Positions 25,785-32,000 of a stretch of 32,000 bases of DNA are shown piece after piece. Below the pieces are notes generated by a model that was not told where the DNA came from, made no database searches, and was given only the letters and a program-made list of their open reading frames with translations. The position numbers and the translations under genes were made by a program. Each line of letters begins with the position of its first letter. The first letter of the stretch is position 1. The stretch is from Candidatus Tremblayella phenacoccinincola (GTDB lineage: Bacteria > Pseudomonadota > Gammaproteobacteria > Burkholderiales > Burkholderiaceae), in NCBI RefSeq assembly GCF_009805595.3, contig NZ_VMQO03000001.1:1-32000 (forward strand). Direction: 5' to 3'.

Positions 25785-25858
25785 GCCGATATAGCTTAGT
25801 AGGTTAGAGCAACGCTTTCGTAATGCGAAGATCATAGGTTCAACTCCTATTATCGGCA
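25785..25858 (+). tRNA. tRNA-Thr (anticodon CGU); no encoded CCA
   Basis: Hand-folded cloverleaf. Acceptor GCCGATA/TATCGGC is perfect, with A73. D stem GCTT/GAGC. Anticodon loop TTCGTAA. T arm ATAGG-TTCAACT-CCTAT. It is very similar to E. coli thrW as I remember it. Confidence 0.9.
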
Positions 25859-25868
25859 TAGATTCTAA

Positions 25869-26315
25869 CTATATTATGAAAGATCTATATATTGTTTTTA
25901 TAACCAAATAATAAGCTTTAAAACCAAACCCAACTAGAACGTCTGTAGCAATATCAGAGAAATAGGATCTGTGTCGAAAGGCTTCTCTAGCAGCTATATT
26001 AGATATATGAAGTTCAATAAAAGACATATTTACTGCTAATAAAGAGTCTCTAATAGCTATGCTGGTATGTGTGTGGCCTGCAGGGTTAATAACCATATAA
26101 TCAATATATCTATAGGTTTGATGCACATAGTCAGTTAACAGATATTCTGAGTTAGTTTGAAAGTATTCTATTTCTATACCAGCTGGTAAGTATAGTTCAG
26201 TAATATCTGCTATAATAGACGATATAGTTATATAGCCATATTTATCAGTCTCTCGAATACCTAACATATTAAGATTTACGCCATTAAGGAATAAGATACG
26301 GGTAGTCTTTATCAT
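25869..26315 (-). CDS. aroQ: Type II 3-dehydroquinate dehydratase
   Basis: 148 aa. ILFLNG.NLN.LG.RE...YG, FQTNSE, INPAG.THTS.A.RD and H.SNI..RE.FRH.SY.S. Confidence 0.9.
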   Translation of the reverse strand: MIKTTRILFLNGVNLNMLGIRETDKYGYITISSIIADITELYLPAGIEIEYFQTNSEYLLTDYVHQTYRYIDYMVINPAGHTHTSIAIRDSLLAVNMSFIELHISNIAAREAFRHRSYFSDIATDVLVGFGFKAYYLVIKTIYRSFII

Positions 26316-26500
26316 GGTAGAGGCCTTTAGCAGAAGCTGTTAGAAGATGTAGAAGCTGTTATAGGATTAGAAACTATAGAAGCTATATAGAACCTAGCTA
26401 ATAGACGTATATGCAAGGGAGAAGAACCGTAAATACAGTTAAGTTAGTAGTTGGTTCTTGGTTCTGCTAATACTTTAGTATATGGTTTAGGTTAGACATA
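26316..26500 (-). repeat. Low-complexity spacer that is purine-rich on the + strand (C/T-rich on the aroQ sense strand) with reiterated TAGAAGCT(G/A)T modules
   Basis: AGAAGCTGTTA occurs twice and TAGAAGCTATA once within 26334-26392, read by eye. Confidence 0.8.
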
Positions 26501-26811
26501 AGCTTTCCCCCCAGTTAAGACCAACACATCATAACACAGATTCAAAGAGCTATCCTCTCCTTCCCCCATATATACCTACCGCATCTGTCTCATACTCTGG
26601 TTTTAATCCTTCAACAGCTTATTGATTAACCGGACAACCAGTAGGTCTTTCCCCCTTTCTAGTTCATATTATTAACACTTCCTCCTTCTCCTTAAACACT
26701 AACTAACCCCCTCCCCCCCCCTTCCTTCCTTTCCTTTAGTCTCAACCACCCTCCTGAGAAGACCTAAACACTCCCCACCCTACCTCCACAATACCTACCA
26801 TCTAACCCTAA
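26501..26811 (+). repeat. Pyrimidine-rich low-complexity leader upstream of leuC with C6 (26507-26512), C5+C9 (26707-26711, 26713-26721) and CTTCC/CTTTC repeats
   Basis: Read and counted directly. Confidence 0.88.
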
Positions 26812-28197
26812 ATGACCTCAGCAACCTTGTACGATAAGCTTTGGAATACGCATGTCATTAAAATACAGAACAGCGGTGTGTCCTTGTTATATGTAGATAT
26901 TCACTTTATTCACGAAGTAACATCTCCACAGGCATTTGAAGCTGTTAACCAATATGTCCATAGCCCTAAAACCACTCTAGCCATTCCAGACCACAATATT
27001 ACAACCAATCCAGAAAGAAACAAAAACACTAACTTCGGTTCTCAAATAGAGCTACTAAGAACAAACTGTAAGAACCATAGCATAAGCTTTCTATCAGGCC
27101 ATGATGAAAAACAAGGCATAGTCCATGTTGCAGGACCAGAATTAGGAATAACAACTCCAGGCTCAAGTATTGTATGTGGAGATTCTCATACTTCAACACA
27201 CGGCTCTTTTGCTTCTCTGGCGCAAGGCATAGGTACTTCTGAAGTTGGAAATACCTTGACGTCACAAACGCTTCTTCAAAGGAAGAACCGATCTATGGAA
27301 GTTAGCATAGCAGGTAAACTGCAAGCTGGATGTGCAGCTAAAGATGTAGCATTAGCTTTAACTAAAACAATAGGAGTTTCTGGAGGTTCAAGTTATTCTA
27401 TAGAGTTCAAAGGAGACACATCCCAAAGGACGGCAGTAAATTGTCGTTCAACATTGTGTAATATGTCCATAGAAGCTGGTGCAAAGGTTAGTTTGTTATC
27501 AGTTGACAACATGCTTCTTAATTATCTAAACAACCGAACGCTATACGTTCATACTTTAAGTTCTAACCCCTGGAAGAACCTAAGAACAGACCTTAGTACA
27601 GTGTTTAATAAATGCATCTCAATTAACGTAAACTCAATAGCTCCTCAAGTAACTTGGGGAACATCTCCTGAAATGGTTTCTTCAGTCGAAGATAGAGTTC
27701 CAGACCCTGCATATGAATCCAATCCTGACAAAAGAAAAACTATGGAAACTGCCCTTAGCTACATGCTTTTAGAACCAGGTAGGCCTATTAACACAATAAA
27801 CCTAGACTACGTTTTCATTGGTTCCTGTACTAATAGTCGAATAGAAGATTTAAGAAGCGCAGCAAGTATTGTTAGAAAGCTGAACAAAACCGTTGATAAA
27901 AGAATTAGGAAAGCAATTGTTGTTCCAGGTTCTGGCTCTGTAAAAAAACAAGCAGTAGCAGAGGGTCTTGATAAGATATTCAAGAACGCTGGGTTCGAAT
28001 GGCGTAATCCTGGCTGTTCTATGTGTATCGCAATGAATTCAGACAGGCTATTCCCAGAGGAAAGATGTGCTTCTACTTCTAACAGAAACTTTGAAGGAAG
28101 ACAGGGGAAGCTTAGCAGAACACACTTAGTCAATCCAATGATGGCGGCATTGGCAGCTATTAGTGGTAAGTTCCAAGATACTAGAAGAGTGGTTTAA
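26812..28197 (+). CDS. leuC: 3-isopropylmalate dehydratase large subunit
   Basis: LYDKLW..HV, HEVTSPQAF, GIVHV.GPE.G.T.PG..IVCGDSHT.THG, FIGSCTNSRIEDLR, PGCSMC and CASTSNRNFEGRQG. Confidence 0.95.
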   Translation: MTSATLYDKLWNTHVIKIQNSGVSLLYVDIHFIHEVTSPQAFEAVNQYVHSPKTTLAIPDHNITTNPERNKNTNFGSQIELLRTNCKNHSISFLSGHDEKQGIVHVAGPELGITTPGSSIVCGDSHTSTHGSFASLAQGIGTSEVGNTLTSQTLLQRKNRSMEVSIAGKLQAGCAAKDVALALTKTIGVSGGSSYSIEFKGDTSQRTAVNCRSTLCNMSIEAGAKVSLLSVDNMLLNYLNNRTLYVHTLSSNPWKNLRTDLSTVFNKCISINVNSIAPQVTWGTSPEMVSSVEDRVPDPAYESNPDKRKTMETALSYMLLEPGRPINTINLDYVFIGSCTNSRIEDLRSAASIVRKLNKTVDKRIRKAIVVPGSGSVKKQAVAEGLDKIFKNAGFEWRNPGCSMCIAMNSDRLFPEERCASTSNRNFEGRQGKLSRTHLVNPMMAALAAISGKFQDTRRVV

Positions 28198-28785
28198 ATG
28201 GAGAAAGTGATAATACACAGAGGGGTTATTATCAGTATCGAAAAAGATAACATAAACACTGACATCATTCTTCCAAAGCAGTTCTTAAAAGTAACGTCCA
28301 AATGCAAACTCGGATGCTATCTATTCAGCGAATGGAGATGCCCTTCAAACCAATCCAATAGTGAGCCCTTTCCATTAATGCTAAGGACAAGCAACAAAGT
28401 CTCTGTCCTGCTAGTTAGGAAAAACTTTGGCTGTGGTAGTTCAAGAGAGCATGCGCCTTGGTCTATTAAGCAATATGGTTTAAACATTCTCATTGGGATT
28501 AGCTTTGCTGACATATTCTACGTTAATGCTATTAAGAATGGGATATTACCTCTAACTCTAAAAGAAACCGATGTAGCATATATAGCTCAGCTCTTAGCAA
28601 ATGCTCCTAGGTTTCAGATTACGGTGAACTTAATGGACAGAAAGATAACCTCGAACTCATATAAAGCCTGGCCGTTTTGTGTTCCTTCCTTTTATCGCTT
28701 AGCATTATTGAGAGGCTTGTCAGAAACTGAATTAATCCTTAAACACATCAAGGATATCATAAGCTTTGATAGAAGCAATGAGTGA
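28198..28785 (+). CDS. leuD: 3-isopropylmalate dehydratase small subunit
   Basis: NTD.I.PKQFLK, NFGCGSSREHAPW and SFADIFY.N. The ATG directly abuts the leuC TAA. The gene ends on TGA. Confidence 0.9.
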   Translation: MEKVIIHRGVIISIEKDNINTDIILPKQFLKVTSKCKLGCYLFSEWRCPSNQSNSEPFPLMLRTSNKVSVLLVRKNFGCGSSREHAPWSIKQYGLNILIGISFADIFYVNAIKNGILPLTLKETDVAYIAQLLANAPRFQITVNLMDRKITSNSYKAWPFCVPSFYRLALLRGLSETELILKHIKDIISFDRSNE

Positions 28786-28857
28786 ACCCGAACTTCTTAA
28801 TTATGGTTATATATTATTATTATTATAACGAAAGCATATGAGCCGTATATATGAATA

Positions 28858-29937
28858 TTGCTGTTCTACCCAGGTGATGGAATAGGTCCTGAAGTTATTA
28901 AGGAATCAATCAAGGTACTGAACGCACTGAGCATACACCAAATAACCATTAAGGAATCTCTTATTGGCAGAACAGCTTTTGAAGCCACTGGTAGTTTTTT
29001 GCCTGAATCAACAATAAGTCTGGTTAAGACAAGCGATGCAGTTTTGCTTGGTGCAGTAGGAGCTAACAGGACTTCTGACATTACATACTACCCTGGTCCT
29101 GAAACAGCACTTTTAAAACTAAGAAAGTTAATGAGATCCTCCATAAACCTCAGACCAATCAAGCACTACGATTCCATTAACACCAACGGCTCTAATGTCT
29201 CTAATGTCTCTAATGTGCAGGGCACTGACATATTGATTCTGAGAGAGCTAACCAGTGGAGTTTACTTTGGTAAGCCAAAAAACGTAAGAAAGCTATACAC
29301 TCAGAACAATGCAGTATCGCTAGAAGGTTTTGATACAATGAAGTATTCTGATTCAGAAGTTAGAAGTATAGCGCACGTTGCTTTTAAAACCGCTAGGTCT
29401 CGTAAAAAGAAAGTACTATCAGTGGACAAAGCAAATGTACTCGAAGCTTCCAAAGTATGGAGGAACATGGTTTTAGAAGTATCCAAGTGTTATAATGATG
29501 TTAGACTATGGAACAATTACGTTGATAGTGCAGTAATAGAAATATTATCGAACCCAAAAGAATTCGATGTAGTTCTTTCTGGTAATCTTTTTGGAGACAT
29601 TCTTTCTGACCAACTTTCAATAGTCTCTGGTTCTTTAGGAATGCTGCCTTCTGCATCCTTGGGTTTTAATGGGAAAGGCATGTATGAACCAGTTCATGGA
29701 TCAGCTCCAAACTTAACACACAGGAACTTGGCTAACCCAATAGCTGCTATTCTTTCGTTATCGATGCTGTTAAGATATTCGTTCCATCTAAACAAACAGT
29801 CAACTATGATTGATAATGCAGTAGATAACATTCTAAGAAAGAACTATAAAACAGCAGATATCTCCAACGGTAAAAGATATGTTAGTACGTCTGAAATGGG
29901 AGAGCTGATCGCTTCATTAATTAGAACTGCTTTTTAA
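28858..29937 (+). CDS. leuB: 3-isopropylmalate dehydrogenase (ORF as drawn starts at TTG; the canonical N-terminus is out of frame at ATG 28851)
   Basis: PGDGIGPEV, LRPIK, LRELTSGVYFG, DKANVL, NLFGDILSD, GSLGMLPSAS and YEPVHGSAP....N.ANP.A.ILS..MLLRYS. Confidence 0.9.
   Translation: MLFYPGDGIGPEVIKESIKVLNALSIHQITIKESLIGRTAFEATGSFLPESTISLVKTSDAVLLGAVGANRTSDITYYPGPETALLKLRKLMRSSINLRPIKHYDSINTNGSNVSNVSNVQGTDILILRELTSGVYFGKPKNVRKLYTQNNAVSLEGFDTMKYSDSEVRSIAHVAFKTARSRKKKVLSVDKANVLEASKVWRNMVLEVSKCYNDVRLWNNYVDSAVIEILSNPKEFDVVLSGNLFGDILSDQLSIVSGSLGMLPSASLGFNGKGMYEPVHGSAPNLTHRNLANPIAAILSLSMLLRYSFHLNKQSTMIDNAVDNILRKNYKTADISNGKRYVSTSEMGELIASLIRTAF
29191..29217 (+). repeat. In-frame 9-bp tandem triplication (TCTAATGTC, TCTAATGTC, TCTAATGTG) inside leuB, encoding SNVSNVSNV
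   Basis: Read directly. Confidence 0.95.
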
Positions 29938-29946
29938 TATCTAAGA

Positions 29947-31026
29947 ATGCCAGGAAGAACCTGTATTGGAATTGTAGGTTGGAGAGGCTTGGTAGGTTCG
30001 GTATTTATCAAACAGCTTGCTGCTAACATTAACAACGAAAACACTAAGTTCATATTTCTTAGTAGCTCATACAAAAGGTTGATTAAGATCTTAAAAGGAA
30101 GCTACTACGTAAAGAAAGCTAACGACGTTAAAGCTCTATTAAAATGCAAAATTATTGTTACAATGCAAGGCAGTGGCTACACTGATATCACACTTGCTAA
30201 GCTAAGAAACCTGAATTGGGTTGGCTATTGGATTGACGCAGCGTCTTCTCTTAGAAGGTTGCTTAATGTGTGTGTAGTGTTGGACCCCGTAAACTCTAGT
30301 AACATCAAAAGATCCATAGAAGCCAGCAAAAAGAGTTTCGTTGGTGGAAACTGCACCGTTAGTTTAATGCTAATGGCGTTACATAGTTTAATCAGGAGAA
30401 GCAAGATGAAATGGATGTTCGTTACAACTTTTCAATCTGTTTCAGGTGCTGGCGCCAACTACGTTAAGAGCTTGCTGTTACAGATGGCAGTATTGAGTAG
30501 AGTTAGGTTTAGGAATGTGATAAGCTCAAGTATTCAGTTTAGAATAAGCGACCCAAACGCAAGTGAAACTGTTGCTGGTTCAATTGTGTCTTGGATAGAT
30601 GAAGAAACGAATAAGTTAGGAACGTCAAAGGAAGAGCAAAAGGGTCTTATTGAAGCTAACAGGATATTAGACTTACCAATGAAGATTCACGTTGGTGGAG
30701 TGTGTGTAAGAGTTGGAGTGTTAAGATGCCATTCACAAAGCTTTCTAATTAAGGTTGAAAGAAAAATGTGTTTTGGCTGTGTTGCTGATATAATTCAATC
30801 GACCAGCAGATGGGTTAAGTTATTGCCAAATAGAAAACCATACTCAAGGTTACTATTAACTCCTGAAGTTATCTCTGGGTCTTTGGTGATTGCTATTGGT
30901 AGGCTAAAGAAAATGGCATTCAATAGTGGACTCCTATCAATGTTTACAGTAGGTGATCAGCTGTTATGGGGGGCTACAGAACCTATAAAGCGAACACTTA
31001 AACTCTTTTGTCCAACCACGAACTAA
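29947..31026 (+). CDS. asd: Aspartate-semialdehyde dehydrogenase
   Basis: IGIVGWRGLVGSV, YWIDAASSLR, active-site FVGGNCTVSLMLMAL, VRVGVLRCHSQSF and FTVGDQLLWGA.EP parallel E. coli Asd. Confidence 0.93.
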   Translation: MPGRTCIGIVGWRGLVGSVFIKQLAANINNENTKFIFLSSSYKRLIKILKGSYYVKKANDVKALLKCKIIVTMQGSGYTDITLAKLRNLNWVGYWIDAASSLRRLLNVCVVLDPVNSSNIKRSIEASKKSFVGGNCTVSLMLMALHSLIRRSKMKWMFVTTFQSVSGAGANYVKSLLLQMAVLSRVRFRNVISSSIQFRISDPNASETVAGSIVSWIDEETNKLGTSKEEQKGLIEANRILDLPMKIHVGGVCVRVGVLRCHSQSFLIKVERKMCFGCVADIIQSTSRWVKLLPNRKPYSRLLLTPEVISGSLVIAIGRLKKMAFNSGLLSMFTVGDQLLWGATEPIKRTLKLFCPTTN

Positions 31027-31170
31027 TCATATGTTGGACCTCGTTCTTTCAGTCTACAATGCAGATGGGTGTGGTGGGTTCTGTTAGAAGTCTCAGTAGG
31101 TAAAGTAATTGACTGAGGAACCTATCCACCTGAGGTTATCGTACATCTTCTTAACAAGAGCATAACTATT

Positions 31171-32000
31171 ATGTATAGAAACGCACAAAGGTATGTACAT
31201 TTAAGGATGCATTCAGAGTTCTCAATATTAGATGGCACTATCAGGCTAAATGAAGCGTTAGAATGCGCAAAGGCAAACAGACAAGGGGCTTTAGCTTTAA
31301 CTGATCTCAATAATATGTTTGGAGCAATAAAGTTTTATAAGCTATCAAGAATTCAAGGCATTAAACCAATAGTCGGATGTAACCTATCAATTAAACATGG
31401 TAGTTCTGAAAGTAGGAACAAAAGCAATATCATTTTGCTAGCCACTAACGTACAAGGGTATCGTAATCTTTGTAAAATAGTTACTATGGCTTGGACAAAT
31501 CATAATATCAACAGCTATTCAGTTCTCGATGCATATAACATAACTCAAAGATCTTCCAGTTCAATAGCTATAGAAAGAGAATACCTGAAAGGAGAGCTAA
31601 CAAGAGGTCTCATAGTTTTATCAGGAGCAACACAAGGAAACATAGGACAGGCCATAATGGACGGAGAAATGCATGCTGCGAGAAACCTGTTGAATGAATG
31701 GTTAGAAGACTTCTCTGGTAGTTTTTATGTTGAGATTCAACGTAGCGGCCAACAAAGCGAGGAGCGTTATATAGATGGTGCAATAGAAATAGCTGTGAAT
31801 TCTAGAACACCAATCGTAGCAACACATCCAATTCAGTTTCTCAAATCAACAGACTTTCAAATGCATGAAGTCAGGGCTTGTATTTCTGAGAATAAGACTC
31901 TTTTTAATAAACAAAGAGCCAAGAAATACACATATGAACAGTATTTCAAATCCAAAAGAGAGATGTGCAGCCTATTTAAAGATATCCCTTCAGCTTTAGA
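31171..32000 (+). CDS. dnaE: DNA polymerase III alpha subunit, N-terminal PHP domain (partial; runs off the window). It is missing from the ORF track because there is no stop in the window.
   Basis: I translated by hand from ATG 31171 and found no stops to 32000. YVHLRMHSEFSILDG, GALALTDLNNMFGAIKFY, GIKPIVGC, YVEIQR and PIVATHPIQF fit the DnaE N-terminus. Confidence 0.9.
   Translation, partial: MYRNAQRYVHLRMHSEFSILDGTIRLNEALECAKANRQGALALTDLNNMFGAIKFYKLSRIQGIKPIVGCNLSIKHGSSESRNKSNIILLATNVQGYRNLCKIVTMAWTNHNINSYSVLDAYNITQRSSSSIAIEREYLKGELTRGLIVLSGATQGNIGQAIMDGEMHAARNLLNEWLEDFSGSFYVEIQRSGQQSEERYIDGAIEIAVNSRTPIVATHPIQFLKSTDFQMHEVRACISENKTLFNKQRAKKYTYEQYFKSKREMCSLFKDIPSAL

Noticed and set aside
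101-26811. Host (eukaryotic) DNA contamination or misassembly as the origin of the microsatellite-rich C/T spacers
   Set aside because: The tracts recur between intact bacterial genes, and their polarity tracks the adjacent bacterial gene. That is hard to obtain from contamination. This cannot be fully excluded without read-level evidence.
8577-28514. Antisense 'shadow' ORFs inside ilvD, obg, der, clpX, lon, rsmH, aceF, lpdA, leuC, leuD, leuB and dnaB (for example 9372..9860, 16244..16651, 23180..23548, 27807..28133)
   Set aside because: Each lies wholly within a well-supported gene on the opposite strand and encodes a low-complexity or unrecognisable product.
31122-31310. 62-aa minus-strand ORF
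   Set aside because: It is antisense to the clearly homologous 5' end of dnaE (+ strand from 31171).
1-32000. Alternative genetic code (UGA=Trp), as in some tiny symbiont genomes
   Set aside because: All genes are full-length under the standard code. Trp positions use TGG. leuD terminates on TGA at the expected length.
1-32000. CRISPR arrays, IS elements, integrases or prophage as the cause of the mosaic
   Set aside because: The tandem repeats have no unique spacers. No transposase, integrase or phage-like ORF occurs in any frame, and no terminal inverted repeats flank the AT-rich blocks.

Overview
The window is gene-dense, AT-biased and contains only housekeeping genes, as expected for a strongly reduced obligate (insect-nutritional type) proteobacterial endosymbiont. 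I support 28 protein genes: secA, rplU, rpmA, dnaB, frr, tal, rpsI, erpA, ilvD, sspB, obg, ribH, a degenerate ybeY-like ORF, der, clpX, lon, rsmH, aceE, aceF, lpdA, infA, trxB, aroQ, leuC, leuD, leuB, asd and the 5' part of dnaE. There is also one tRNA-Thr(CGU). I see no rRNA, CRISPR array, transposase, integrase or phage genes, and the genetic code looks standard (leuD ends on TGA at the expected length). The main result is architectural. The window alternates seven times between very AT-rich blocks whose genes and synteny look enterobacterial and moderate-GC blocks whose gene order looks betaproteobacterial. No function is duplicated, so the replisome, the translation apparatus and the biosynthetic pathways are assembled from both sources. 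This fits a fused or collage endosymbiont genome. The only precedent I recall is the beta/gamma collage reported for 'Candidatus Tremblaya phenacola' PPER, and I cannot verify identity without a database search. A second layer is unusual noncoding DNA. Long low-complexity spacers are pyrimidine-rich on the sense strand of the downstream gene, and one orphan copy is inverted. C homopolymers of 5-10 nt lie upstream of start codons. Short-unit tandem repeats are abundant, including (TGGCAC)12. Gene-level decay signs include a 1-nt frameshift at the leuB N-terminus, a ybeY-like ORF that has lost its metal-binding histidines, an rplU ORF extended into rpmA, and an frr ORF whose apparent 5' end is really a poly-C spacer.
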